Of a stretch of 64,000 bases of DNA, positions 15,166 through 29,908 are shown piece after piece. Numbering within the stretch: the stretch's first letter is position 1; each line of letters begins with the position of its first letter. The notes under the pieces are model-generated. The model worked only from the letters and a program-made list of their open reading frames with translations, was not told the origin of the DNA and did not search any database. The position numbers and the translations under genes were made by a program. The DNA comes from Chrysomallon squamiferum (Eukaryota > Animalia > Mollusca): the NCBI GenBank assembly GCA_012295275.1, contig CM022673.1, forward strand, positions 15,004,001 through 15,068,000, in the 5' to 3' direction.

Positions 15166-16271
15166 AAACTGTAGTGTTACTGAAAATCAGTAATTTTATA
15201 AAGCAGATGTCTTCATTTATCAAAGAAATAAAAATAAATTCTTATCTCTCTCTTCTGATAACCAAGCTTGAGTGTGGTGTGCAAAAATGTTCAGCACTGT
15301 ATATTATCAGGAATAAAATGTAAGCCTAATGTATGTTTTAGGAACAAATTCATCTTTATTAGGTTCAGAAAACTGTTTTGTATATATATATTATATTATA
15401 TTATAATATACATACACACACAAACACGCACACCTTGACACACCTGTAATTAAGAAAATTTATAATAGAAATTAAAGATGCCATGAAAATTGTGGGAAAA
15501 CTTTTAATGAACTTCATTTTATTATAATACCTCAACAAAAGATCACATTTAGTGTGATCTTTCTCTGGTTCCCTGTATGATTATCGAATATAATTACACC
15601 ATTTCATTCTAATTACCATATTAATACCATAAAGTTTTCGGGTTTAGTTTAGGATTCAGTTTGACAAACAAATGGCTGCATATCAATGAAACACTGTCAA
15701 GTAGTCAATCAGTTTGACAGCATTCAGTAATACTGTTTTACAGCATTCAGTAATAAAATTGTACTTCACTTACCATGTGTCACTTGCTAGTATATTACAT
15801 TAACTTTGTACTCTATTTAAATTGTGTGCTGTAATGTGCCTCAGATTCTGCTCTGGCTGTCAAATATATCGCAGTAAATACGCCTTCACGGCAAAACCAT
15901 TTTACTGTTGATTAGAGTCTTTGGTAAAAACTGGGTAAAATTGCAGCAGTTTTCTTTGATGATCACTCATGTGAGTATGATGGAAAACCTTGGAGACCCA
16001 GCAAGAAAAAAGCCATCACACTAAAAATAACAGAAATTGTGAATCTTCAATGAAATGTATTGGAACAGATTTTCCATGTCCAGTGTGGCATAAATGGTGA
16101 CTTTTGTGCAAGATGAAATGAAGAAAATATTATTACCCATTCAAGCAGAGTGTGGCCAGAATTCAGATGGATACTTTCTATTGATCTGGCAATTGCCTTA
16201 ACCCATGATTGCTTTAAATTGTGGTGAAATCTCCAGGGTTCTGGTCAATAGTCATCATTTATAGTTGGTTC

Positions 16272-16504
16272 TGGTCACACAGGGGAACATTGGGGGCAAT
16301 TTGATGTTAATCTATCGGCTACCTCTCTTTTTAAGTAAACAGTCGATGTCTATATCCTGTCTACTGCATTCAATAAGTCATCCTTTAAGTCTGCTACTGG
16401 TCACAGAGCAACAGACTGGGAGCAATTTGATGCTAATCTGGCAGTTACCTCTTTTTTAAGTAAACAGTGTAGGTCTATATCCTGTCTTCAACATTCAATA
16501 AATC
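16272..16504. repeat. ~126-bp tandem duplication
   Basis: TGGTCACA...GCAATTTGATG.TAATCT...TACCTCT.TTTTTAAGTAAACAGT...TCTATATCCTGTCT...CATTCAATAA occurs at 16272 and 16398. Confidence 0.9.
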
Positions 16505-17559
16505 CTGCATGTATGCTGTTGTTTGTGAGCCTGATTGCAAGACAGATACAATTATGGAGAGACTGGTGTGTTTGTTTTGTGTTTCTCTGTGTTTGTGTTG
16601 TATTTCAGAGTAACCTAAATATGCAAACTTTGATGTTGGTTCTGTCTGTTAAGAGTTAATAAAAATAACAGTCTGCAGATTTTTCATACTGAATTTCTGG
16701 TTTACAAATAGATCTGACTGAATTCTCACTTCATTAATATGGTTGAAAAATATTTCAAAGAATCACATTAATTTTGTTATTTTTATCAACCCCTAAAGGA
16801 AGTAAGATGCTGTGTTAAAGAAACATGAATTATATATGCTGATGATTGTTTTTCTGTGTAAATGTATTCTGTCATGTTCATTAACATGTTTACACAAACT
16901 ATAGTAGAATAAACAATCCTGACTGTAGCAAGTAAATTTTCTTTATTTTTAACTGCCTCTCTCTCTTTCTCTCTTTCTCTCTCTCTCTCTCGTTTTTATC
17001 TGGTCTGTTCTATAAAACCAGATATTCTTGTTTTCTTCTAAATATTCCCCTTGTTTATAGTTATTTCACATACCATACTCAAAGGTAGGACAAAAAAAAA
17101 AAAAAATCTGATTCTAGAAGTAAAACTGAAAAACAAATACTGGCCTTCAAAAAAAAAGCAAAAAATAAAAAAAAATTGAAACAGTAAACAACAAATATGA
17201 AAATGTTTTGTTTTGTTTTTCTCCGAAGGACTGAAGTATTAAAGCTGTATATTTAAGTTGTGTGGCAGCAATATAATACATTTCGTAGAATCATTTGCCA
17301 TTCTTTAAACTAAATTATCCATATTAAGTAACTGAGACTTGTAGCAATATCTGCTAATTTCTATGTTAGAAAGTAAACAGAATTTCGTAGAACTTCAGTC
17401 ATACTGAGAAAAGCTGTAATACATAGTTGTCTAATAGATTTAATTTGGAAAAAAAAACAAAAAATTACAGACAAACAACCTAATAATTAACTGTTATGTG
17501 GATCTGGAAACAAAAATCTGAAATAGTAAACAAACACAAAAAAAACAAACAACAACAAC

Positions 17560-17835
17560 CCAACTGTGAAAGTTTTATGAATTTGGATCAGGAAAAATGT
17601 GTCAAATTAAAGTTAAGTATTTTATGGATTTATATTGGGAAAACCCCCATCAAAATTAAGTGTTTTATGAATTTGTATAAGGGAAAAATATCTGTAAAAC
17701 TCAACGTTAAGTATTTCATGGATTTTGATTAGAAAAAAAAAATCTGTTGAAGTTAAGTGTTTTATGGATTTGGATTGGGAAAACCTGTCAAAGTTAAGTG
17801 GTTCTAGGAATCTGGCAACAATGCTTATCAAGTTA
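17560..17835. repeat. ~42-bp minisatellite, about 6-7 copies
   Basis: Unit approximates AAGTTAAGTGTTTTATGGATTTGGATTGGGAAAACCTGTCA. Confidence 0.85.
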
Positions 17836-20324
17836 CTGACTCCCACCAGTACCACTCACAAGTTTACATGTAGTGTAAGCCAATACAACCTTTAACAAGT
17901 CTAAAGTAAACAACCTCAAGATGAACCTACAACAATACTTGTCACTAACTGCAGAACACTGTCTACCTGACAAGGTATTTTTCTTCTTTCTGAGATAAGC
18001 CAGTCAGTAGTTCCTGGGTTGAGTACTGGCCTTAGTTACCAAGGTCAGAGAGTCAATCCTGGTGATGATATAAGGGTCATGTGATCGTCAATCCTGGCCA
18101 CATGAGCATTACAGGATAAATACTGACATGAGAATCGTATGGTCCACTCTGGCAAAGGTCATTGCCATAAATCCTGTTAACTGGAAGATAACAGAATCAA
18201 CTCTGATATGAGGAAACCAGGATCAAAGGATTAATAAAAAATTTCATATACACATGGGAGGGTGCATATGAAATAAGCCTTACTGCTAACTGATGCAAAT
18301 GACAGCAAAAGATTTCCTCTTGCTCAACAACATTATGAAGAAGAAAAGAAAATCTCTGTAACTGAATTATGGTTAATAATATAATGTACTGGTTGTATTG
18401 AACAAACATTATTTTTCTGATCAAAGCGGCTTGGTGTCACTGCTTACAGAAATTTGTATGGATTTAATAAAAAAAAATATCACTTAATAATTAGAAGCTC
18501 AATAATTACTTTCAGGAAACAAAATACTATTATTACTATTTCATTTTTTATAATTTCACTATTAGCACTAGAACTAGTACTTACAGTTATTAAGTAACAG
18601 TTCAACAATAATAGTACTAGTAGCAATAACAGTGTATGTTGTCGTAACTGAAAACAGTGAATTTTTACACCTAACGAGAATATAATTTAAGAATAATGTT
18701 AAATGCAACAGCACAGTAATAAACCATGGTAAACTCACACTTTTATAAAGAAAGAAGAATAGAAGAAAAAAAAAAGGTGTTGTGAATGACACAAATGATG
18801 TGGAAATGCTTTTAAAGAAACCACTAGCGGAAATATTGATAAAACTGAGCTGAAAAATGATCCATAAGTGAGAAAGGAAAAAAAAAAATGAAGAAAAGAA
18901 ATCTTGTTAATAATGGAAAAATATGTTCCAAACACTGGCTGAATCAATAATTCTGAATTACCTGACAAAAAAAAAAAAATTAAAACCTCACTTCAATGTG
19001 AATAAACAATCATAATGTTATGCATGTGAATGGTGTAATAATGCTAATGTATTAATTAAAAAATTTAATTATCTACAATATTTTAGTAATGTCTGTTACA
19101 GTCTTGGCCAGAATATATGCAAAAGTAATGAACTACAGGAGAATAACATTATAAACAAATATTAAATAAGACCTAAGTATTAATATAATCCACTGATTAT
19201 GTATTATGAAGATTTAAAACAAGCATCATTAATGCTGATTAAATATCAGATCAACAATATATATAAAAACAATTAATAATAATAATAATAATAATAATAA
19301 CATCACTTATAAATGCTGTGCCTAATTACTTATTACAAAACAAAGTATTGATCGTATGTCAGTTTGTCAAATTAATTGGCTGTTATGACATATTTTTAAA
19401 AACTGTGGGCCAAAAAACAATTCCCAGTTACATTATTACAAAACATTTAACAGCACTGATTGGAAATTAATTTGAAAATGTAATTATCTAACTGTAAAAT
19501 AACAGACATCACACATTTAATGAATTATGACTGAACAGACCAGCAGGATCTATCTAATATCAATTTGCAAATTTAATCATCTATTATGACATCACTTAAA
19601 TAAAATGGTCTGGTGATTAATTACAAAAATGATCTTTGAAGAATACTCAGCTAAAATATGACACAGCGATTCGGAGTAAAAATTTGCAGATGTTATTATC
19701 TGTTAATTTAATGTTAAAAATTAAAAAAAAGAGAGAAGAAAATAGAATTGATATTATATTATACACACAAAAGAATAATTTTCATAATTTACACAATAAT
19801 AATGAATAAGATGAAAGAATTACTTTGAAATCATTTGGAACTGAAATGGAAGTTAAATTAAAATAATATGCAAATTCATCCAAGACAAACCACAATTTAG
19901 AATTCAGACAAAATAATACAAATAAAGGACTGTATGAATATTTAAATTTGATTAACAATAACATTTTTTTATTTTAAAGTCCATAATATAGAATTGATAA
20001 TTAATGTACTGCAGAATAAGAATTATTCATGAACAATTCAAATGAATAACAATACAGGTTACAAAAGCATTAATGTGCAAACAGAATCAACTATTACCAT
20101 GTCAATGAAGAACAGATGCCAAACTTGTTTAAGACTGCCTCCATGATTACTTGTGTGTATTGTGTGTGTGATCAATGTTTGAATCTGATGGCAGATCAAT
20201 CAATACATTTCTGTTGTAACAAACAAGTTAGCTGATTTCCAAACTCAATGAAAACATGGGATTATTTCACCCGAGTTGTCAATAAATTGTCATAAGAAAG
20301 TTGCTGTGAGGTCCATTCTAACTG

Positions 20325-21250
20325 TCTTATCAGATTTTCATTTTGACTGAGAACCTATTTTACTGTCTATATCTCTTCTCCATATTACTACTTTAAAAGA
20401 GAAAGCAAAATAAAAAGAACCAATATTATTCATATTTCATATATCAGATTTTGATATAATGAGAACATATTTTTATCGATTTGACATCTTCTGTTTATGA
20501 GACATTACTCTAAAAGAATTAAAATTAATAAAGTTTTTTTTACATCTTCTACCTCTGAAACATTCTTTTACAATAAAAAAAATAATAAAAAGAACCAATG
20601 TTATTTATACTTCTTATCTTATTTTAATCTTTACAAAAATATATAATTTACTGTTTATATCTTATATCTTTAAGATATTACTTGAAAAGAGAAACATAAG
20701 AAAAGCAACCACGGTTATTTATTTTATATATCTGATTTTGGTCCAAACAAAAACATGTTTTTTTTTCTCTCTCTCTCTCTTTTAAAGTAATATTTCAGTA
20801 CTAGAAGTACTGAAATATTACTTTAAAAGAGAGAGAAAAAAAAAATAATAAAAATTGTTATTCATGTTTTTGTATCAAATTTTAATCAGAACAAGACCAT
20901 ATTTTTATTGATTTTACATAGAATCTTCTACCTCATCACATTACTTTAAAATTTAAAAATAAAAAAAAAAAAAAGAACCAAAATTATTTATATTTCCTAT
21001 CAGACTTTGATCAAGAACATATTTTTACTGCTTATACTCCAACTATCTTCAAGATATTACTTTTAAAAGGAAACATAAGAAAAGGAACCAACATTATTTA
21101 TTCTGTATTAAATTTTTTTCTAACAAGAACCTTCTATCAAGGAATTATTATTTTAAGACAAAACAATATATAAAATAAAACATAAAAAGAACCAGTGTTA
21201 TTAATATTGTATATCAAATTTTGTTTTCAATCAAGATCATATTTTCCTAT
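20325..21250. repeat. Degenerate ~100-120-bp tandem array (about 8 copies) containing a perfect palindrome
   Basis: ATTACTTTAAAAGAGAAA...AAAGAACCAATATTATT...TCAGATTTTGAT...AGAACATATTTTTACTG recurs. A hairpin with 31-bp arms lies at 20772-20836. Confidence 0.8.
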
Positions 21251-22841
21251 AGCTGGTGTTATTGATAAAAAAAAAAAAAAAAAAAAAAAATATATTAATG
21301 CAAGAATTTCAGATTCACTGACATTTTATTTTACTGTTACAACTTTAATATGACATTACTGAAAATCACATACTGTCTTAAATCATCAATATTTTAAGTA
21401 TGTTAGAGCCAGTGAAATGTTTTAAAAATTATTTTATTGTTATTCCAGCTTCATGTATAGTTCTAAAAGAAGTATCAAGGGAAATAAAACAAAATATATA
21501 GTTTTTTTTATCTTACCAGGAATTACATTTAAAAATTATGTTATGCTAATGGCAGTTTGGTTATAAATAATACAGGTTTTTTTTTAAATCAGTAATGTTT
21601 CTTGAATCTAATAGTTATTTAAAAAGCAGGACAAAGGGAAAACACACAGGCATGTTTTACTGCTCCCAATGTGTAAATGGATACAACTGTGTTATTGTAA
21701 TTTTGGACAACATTATCAAGAGAAAAAAACCTCCCAATATTATTAGTTTTTCAAAGTCAGTGCATCTATTTCACAAAGTAAAAAGAAGCCTGTGAAACAA
21801 TAAATTCTTCTTTAAACAAGTGATTATTTCAAAACCAGAATATTATTTTGTGTTGAATGAAGATTTTTAATTTCATTCACATTTGGTTATAAATAATTCA
21901 AAAAGTTCATAATTTTTTTTTTTTAAATATAAAAATTTACTTACATGAAACAGTGAACCCATCTTCAGTCTGACATTGTATCTGGTTTTAATCTGAATTA
22001 TTTACTTACATGTAACAGTCAACCCAAATTACATGAAGATTTCTTATCTGCTGTTTTGAGCAAAATACGAATACATATGTTTTTCAAGAATACAGAATAT
22101 TCTCAAAATATTGTCTTAGTCTTATTATGGTCTACCCTATGCCAGAATACAGTATGATTACAATAACAGTGGTTAATGTTTCAAATTACAAAACAAATAC
22201 AAAGTTCACTGTATATGTGTCACAAGTATTCTGTTTTGTTTTTGAACAGACATGATGGGTTCTAGAACCATATACTATTGGATTTAGGTGATTGTAAATG
22301 AAAAAGAAAGAAATGACACTGGGCTGATACTTCATGTCAAGTTTGTATTTGAACCCAACATTTTATTCTTATGTCTTATAAAATTGATTTCAGTTGGACA
22401 CAAAGTTTATAAATTATGCAAAGCTCCAGCAGAAATTACGTATTTTTCAAAATACAATAATTACATTAAAAGGCTAGGAGAAAATATATAGGTATTACTA
22501 TAATTCAAATCTTCTTTAAATTTTAATTAATAAGTATTTTATTGCTTGTACATTGAGAATGAAAATTCTAGAAATTACTATGGTCCATTTGGAGCGAGTC
22601 ATTCTTTTAGAAGTGGGTCAGACAAAAAACAAAACAAAAAAGGGGGAAAAAAAAAATATATATTGGTGTTTTGTTTTGTGAGAAGTTTGATGGGTCAATG
22701 AGTCATTATTAACTGGTTTCATTTGGGAACCAGAAAAATCCATTGATTGATACTGCCAAAAAAAGATGCCCTCTGAAAAGTAATAGTTTTCTTCACTTTT
22801 TGCCTTTCTTTATTTCATTTAATTTCACTTTACTTTCAATC

Positions 22842-22897
<56 letters not shown>

Positions 22898-24209
22898 ATA
22901 ATATTTCAGGGAATTTTTCACTAAATATTAATTTCCAATAGTTCAAAATATCCAGTCAATTATGAAAGCTAAAGTTTCAAACAAATAAAATAAAAATAAT
23001 TTTAGAAATAAAAACCAACAAACACAATGTGTTTACCAAATGAAGTAACATAAATTAATCGCCTTACTCATTTCATTTTTGAAATATAAAAATATTAATA
23101 ACACAACTAAAAATATATATATTCTTAGAAGAAAAAATGTGTTTACCAAATGTGGTAATGATAAAATTAATGTACACAGACAATGCAGCATTTGGTTTTG
23201 TCAAGGTCTTATTTTTTCTCATTTTTGAAATATATACATTTGTTTCTGCATCTCCAAGTTCTGTGATTTCTTTAACATATTGCACACATCTACACAAAAA
23301 GTCTGAATGTGATATTTATTATCAGCATCTTCCTTCCTATAATATTTACACAACAAACACAAATCACAGATGTGTAAACTTGCAAATGGTTAATGTGCAC
23401 ATCAGTCAGAAACAAGGCTTTGAAAAAAAATAGAGTAATAATAATCATTAGAGTTGCCTGAAGCTACAAGATAACAAATATTTTATATTTCTGTCACACA
23501 GTTTTAGTAAATTCTCTCTATTTAAAAGTAATGTTGAGGAGGTGCATTTTAAACACATGTGCATTTTCGGTAATGTGTAGCATAGCTGTAATGAATAGGG
23601 TGCATATGCATGCATGTGTATTTGTGTCTTTATGTTATGTATCAATGTATATTTATAACTGAACACACACACAGTATCAGACATCTACATTTATAGAGCA
23701 AATACCAGTACATCTTTTACAGTTGTATCATGCTAAACACCAGAACATTAATTTTAGTGTATCTGCAACATATTTATTATGTTCAACTGATACTGATGCA
23801 AATATCTATAAATTTTCAACTAAAATGTACAATTTACAGGGTGTAATTCATGTGTACATACACTCATAAAATATATAAATGAAAATTGCATTGGTAAATC
23901 TTTAATATTGTATGTTCAGTATATAGTGTAAAATATATATACACTGAAGTTATTCATGTACAATAAATAAAATTTCTACAGCACACAACTGATGTATTTC
24001 ATTTATATATTTCAAAATATCTAAATAACTTCAACCTAAACATATCCTTCTTATAAAATGCCAAATATCTACACATTAACCAATATATGCATGTGACTTT
24101 ATTTATTCAGTGCAAAATACCTATCTATCTATATACATATAAAATGATATTTATTTTAAATCATATTTGTAGTTTATATATTACAAAATGTCTGTACCTC
24201 TTCAACTTC

Positions 24210-24525
24210 TATAATTTATATAAAGCAAAATACCTACACACGTTTCATTTTTATACAGTTTATATAGCACAAAATACCTACACACCTTTCATTTTTATAC
24301 AGTTTATATAGCACAAAATACCTATACACCTTCCATTTTTATACAGTTTATATAGCACAAAATATCAATACACCTTAAATTAATATAGCACAAAATATCT
24401 ATATACCTTTGATTAATAGGCAGTTTATATAGCACCTAAAAGCTATAGATTTTATATAGTGCAAAGTATCTATATTCCTTCAACTTACACATGTACAATT
24501 TACCGAGTGCAAAATATCTACACGT
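24210..24525. repeat. ~42-bp minisatellite
   Basis: Unit approximates TTTATATAGCACAAAATACCTACACACCTTTCATTTTTATACAG; at least 3 near-perfect copies plus degenerate ones. Confidence 0.9.
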
Positions 24526-25170
24526 CTTCAAAACACACGTAATTCAAAATATCCACACAACATACACAAAGTTTACATGTTGGTAATCTTCAGCACACAA
24601 ATATAATTAAACATTTATCAACAGTGTATTAGTAGGTTGGTCAATATTTACACATGCACCAGTACTCACAGATTAAATAGAGAGAACACAGATGATTCTT
24701 TAATCCTCTTTTTAACAAACCATCAACCACAGTTATCCGTGTCCAATGGCCGTGAATGATTCCTATGCCAGTGTGGGGAACCCGTCCTTTGTTTGAATGT
24801 ACAGATATGGAGAAGGGAGAAGACAGGATCTGGCACAGCACACAGGAATAAACAGAAGCTGTCAGGAGGCTTCAGTGGCTTGCAGACCCTGGCCTCGCTA
24901 ATGGCCTGTCACACTTAGGCAACCAGCTTTTTTCTCTTTCTCTCTACACAAAGTAGGGTGAACATGTTTGGGAGAAGATTCATTATGTCAGTGGAAACTG
25001 TTGTTATCTGATACTTTTTTTTTAATTGTTATTATTTAAGAGAAGATTTATTTTTGTCAGGCGAAGAAGAGGTGTTTTTTATTTTCTTTTTCCTTTAGTT
25101 CTTTATATATGTGTATGTGTTTGTGCGTGTGTGTGTGTGTGTATTATATATATGTATGTATGTATATGTG

Positions 25171-25201
<31 letters not shown>

Positions 25202-25595
25202 CTTTTAAAAGACAGTTGCTTGTATTTGGGTTATATATCTTTTTCTCTTTTTTTAAAAATATAGCGCTTTTAAAAATAAATGAAATACTTATATTACTTT
25301 CAGGAACAGTTTTATTATATTACTGAAATCTTATCTCCAAATCTATACTTTAAGAAGGCCCCAAAATTGTTCGTTTTGGGGAAAAAATTCATTATGTCAC
25401 ACGAAACTTTATTTTCATATCACTACTTTGAAAAGACATAAAAAATATTCATATCTGGGAAACAAATTCTTTATGTGTTTTTAAAAAGCAATGTAATGAC
25501 AAAATAAATGGGAATAAAAGATTTATATTTTGGAGTAGAATAATTTTGTGCACACGATGCCTACTATCTTGTTCTTTCTCAAAAAAAAAATTAAA

Positions 25596-25632
<37 letters not shown>

Positions 25633-26204
25633 TTTTCTTGTTTCTTTTTTGAAAGAAATAAAAGCAAGAATGCAGATAAAAAAAAAATTCAATTAAAGTT
25701 AATGTCTTCATTATCTTTCTGAAATAAATAATTTGTAGATGTTATTGACTAGTAAAATATATGTACTTTCATATTTATAATTAAGGAACAAATGAAGATA
25801 AATGTATGTCTCTTGTTTGAAAGGAAAGAAATAACATATGAAGACCAAATGTAAATAAATAAATAAATATTTTAGCAGTAATATATATATATATGAGAAT
25901 AAATAATATATGTATATTACTGCTAAAATATTCTGCCAAATCAAATTACTGGTTAATTAATAAAAAGGTGTCTGTGTGTGGCATTTATTATTATTATTTT
26001 TTTAAATTTGACGTTTACATTTAACATTTAACACAGGTCAGTCAGCATACTGTGTAAAAAGAGAGGCCAATCTAAAGTCCATGCAATGTAAACATGCTCT
26101 GTGAAAAATTATGTTTGAGGTTCTGGGCTTTAAACACAGATTATTGTAATCTTCTCCTGGTCTACTTTGATTTTATCTAGGTAATTAGTTATTTATCTCA
26201 TACG

Positions 26205-26350
26205 CAGTACTTTATATAGATAATTATACACCTACACATATACAGTCTTTTATGTAGATAATTACACACCTATGGTACTTTATGTGGGTAATTACACACT
26301 ACACACATACAGTACTTTATGTAGATAAATACACACTACACACATACAGA
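26205..26350. repeat. ~38-bp minisatellite
   Basis: Unit approximates CAGTACTTTATGTAGATAATTACACACTACACACATA, about 4 copies. Confidence 0.85.
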
Positions 26351-26808
26351 GAGAGAGAGAGAGTAAGAGATAGAGATAGAAAAACAGATGGATAATTTAT
26401 ATCATTAACTAAAAGCATGAAAATTAAAATTTGTTTACATATTCTGTCATATGACACAACAGATGATGTAAATATGTTTCAAATTAATTTTTATTTTAGT
26501 TCAACTGCTGCAAACATACACTGGCAGCAAAACAAAGAAGAAAAAGTCACAAACCTGGTTAAACTTTCTTCAAGCCTATAAATATTACAATGCAAATCAG
26601 CACAGGTGTATGCAGTTTTCTGACAGCATGGGGAATCCGGTGATTAGCTTATGGAACCAGGAAAGATAAAAAAATAAAGTTTGTTTCAAAAAGTCTGGGA
26701 TGTTTGAAAATAAACTGTGTCTGACCCCATCTGTCAATACTTTCCTCCAAATCTAGGATTAACTTTTTTGTTTTTACTGTTTTCCTTTTTATTTATTTAT
26801 TTCTTTAC

Positions 26809-26872
<64 letters not shown>

Positions 26873-27153
26873 TATATATTGTATTTTAATATATTTCTTT
26901 AAAAATAATGTATATTAGAAACTGGTACGAACTTTTTGTTGTGAAAATTTAAAGATCTGATCAAAACCATACCCTTTTATATATAATTACTGTAAAATGG
27001 TTTTAGAATTTTGTCTGGAAACAAATGTGAATAAATGACTTTAATACATATAATAATGTTAGAGAAGAAACCCACTGCTGTAACTTCAGTGTGTATTGAC
27101 TACCAGGTATCACATTTAAATATGTGTGTGTGTGTGTGTCAGTGTATGCATGT

Positions 27154-27184
<31 letters not shown>

Positions 27185-29149
27185 TATGTATGTATGTATG
27201 TATCTGTTGATAATCTATTATAATGTACAGAGTGAAATCCAAAGAAAAAATAGATATACTACTCCAGCATTTAATACACAAAACTGGAACTAAATGTGAA
27301 TATCAACAACACATTTAACTTTTTATGAACACATCTGTAAGCAATTCTTTACATCACAGAAAATTACACTAAAGATATAGCTAATTAGATTTACAACATG
27401 TCAAAATTCCACTGTCTATTCACGCTTTTCAAGATTAATCAGACAAAAGCTGGGATTGCTTTTAACATACTCTAACAGTAGTGTGGCTTGATGCCAATCT
27501 CAACATGTCAGACTAGATCAGATTTTGTCTGTAACCAAACTATGAGTTGTCATTAATAAAAAAAACACAAACATGTAGGTAGATCTGTATCAAAAATACC
27601 TCTTTATTGTGTTGAAACATCTCATTTTAAATATATGTATATACAGACAGTATATTTGTTATTGTTTTGGTGTTTTTTTTCAAAACAGAAAATACATACA
27701 TATTCATGTTAATGGTTTTTCATCATTGTTTGTGTTATATTTTGCACATATGTATCTGTTCCTCTATGTGAGTCATTACTGTTTTAAAAATACATTATTA
27801 TAATGCATATTAACTTTCTACTTCTATTTTTCCTTTAAAAAAAGAAGTAAAATAGTAATAAGAAATAAAGGTGTGAGAATAATATTTATTATAGCTCAGT
27901 CACTGTAGTTAATTTGTTCACACCTACTTCTAAGAGTTTCCTTTGTTTTTTTAATAACGTGTTCACTGAGTTAATTTCCTGCATCTCTCTTGTTCACTAT
28001 GAACTGTTTATTAAATCTGAATTAATTTTTACAAATCATAAATTGTACAGTTATATGATTTTATAGTAACAAGAACCAAAAATCAAATGTGTTGCTGTAT
28101 GAAAAAACCAGGCTAGAGTGCACAATTTTCAGATTTTTTCTTTTTTGTATCAGTTGTTAAACTTTAAAAAGTATGCCACCTTTGGGGAAATTCCCTCACT
28201 GTGTACATAAAAGTGTGGGTGTGGCCATTGCTTTAGCCCAAGTTGATCCATACTCCAATGAGATATGATAACATAACTAATGTTTTTTTAAACAAGTATC
28301 AAGTATGTCTGAAAAGCCCTTTAAGAAAGTAGAAAAGAGAATGAAATAAAGCAATTTAGACAGAAAACCAAAAAACCATAAATTAAGTTCATTCTGATAT
28401 TCTGTGGCTACAACTCTTAATAGCTGCCTTTGTCTTTAGCTGGATTTTCCTGTTCACAAATATTTATCTTTTCAGAACACCATAAAATAATAATTTTAAA
28501 TTAATTGTTTTTTGCTGCTCTTTTTAACAGTACTTTATTATAAAAGAAGAAAGTTAACTTTATTTTGTTATAGACTGTAAGTTAAAGATGGGAGCTGTCA
28601 TTTCAAATGAAAAGATAATTTGATGAATTTTAGTTTCTCATATTTCTTCTCTAAATGTAATAAAGTAAAAAAATAAAAATATATAAATCAAATTTTAAGA
28701 ATGACTTAAGAAATAAATAACAAAGTGGGGTCATATGTGAAATATTCTGATTCAAATATATAAAATGTTCATTTCATTTCCTGAGCAATGTATCAACAAA
28801 CTTCGTAGGTGAAATATCCAAACATACAGTTTGATAAGTTTTTCAGTTTGTGCAAGTTAAAATTTAACTTTTTGTTATCTACCTTATTTTTATTGTTGGA
28901 GTCTTAGTATACTGATTAAATTAATATGTTGAAAAATATATTATTATTTTATAGCAGTACTGTTTACTGCAAAATATAATACTAGAAACAGTACAAATAA
29001 TAATAAATTTACATTTTCATAACTGACATTATAGACCAATAAAAGCAATCATTAATCAATTTAATATGAAAGTAACACGATTTGAAAATGCTATTTAATA
29101 ATTATAGAGTTCTAGTTTTCTTATTTTTCAGTTAACATTATTATGTGAT

Positions 29150-29760
29150 CAATATTCGTATGTATCGGGGGAAAAATGAAGGGGTACAGGAAAAGAGAAG
29201 CATTAGCTCTTTACTCGACAATTTACGGTAATTAACGCGAGAAAATGTTCCAGTAATGAAATATTAGTTTATTTACTGACCAATTCACTATCCTTATATA
29301 CATGTGTTTCACAATTTAAAAATTACAGTCCCTTACAAAAGTTATCATTAAATCCCTGGCATTAAGAAGAAACCATCCAGCATATACATTCCTAAGGCGA
29401 AACATAAAAGTAAAATAAACTTCAAGCTAAAACGTCGAAGCGCTGTGGTCCATCTCCGATCATGTTAAAGCCAAGTTTTATAAGAGGTAATAAAAATTTC
29501 TTAATATGCAACTTTTACAGTATAAACAGATCAAACAAAAAGTACATACCAAACTGAATTCTTTCTTCTTGTGTTTTCAAAACCAACGAAGAACAAATAA
29601 TGCGCAAACCGAAGCCAGTAAACTACGGTATCACATTTCTTCGAATCGATAAAAAGTGGGATTCGGCAAGGGGCCGGTTGAAATTTGGGCGGAATTTCTG
29701 GAATCCTTAATCAAACTATTCTGTTGATCAAACATATTATCGTTTCTGTTACGACTCTTG
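29150..29760 (-). promoter_or_regulatory. CpG-rich promoter and putative first exon (donor TTTG|GTATGT, exon ending 29550) of a minus-strand gene running off the left of the window
   Basis: CpG rises abruptly relative to 1-29 kb. E2F/GC-box-like TTTGGGCGGAA at about 29684, ATCGATA at about 29645, TGCGCA at about 29601, and a consensus 5' splice site on the minus strand. Confidence 0.5.
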
Positions 29761-29865
29761 TTACTTATATAACAAAGATTATATAGCTTATAGTATTATC
29801 AATATTAATCTTATTATTTGTTTACTGTTCAATTTTGTTTATAGTTTGTTACGCTTTGTATTTTA

Positions 29866-29908
<43 letters not shown>

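Noticed and set aside
2085-27803. Many 60-100 aa ORFs in the left half
   Set aside because: Low-complexity F/I/L/Y-rich products of AT-rich DNA, with no motifs and no consistent splice phases.
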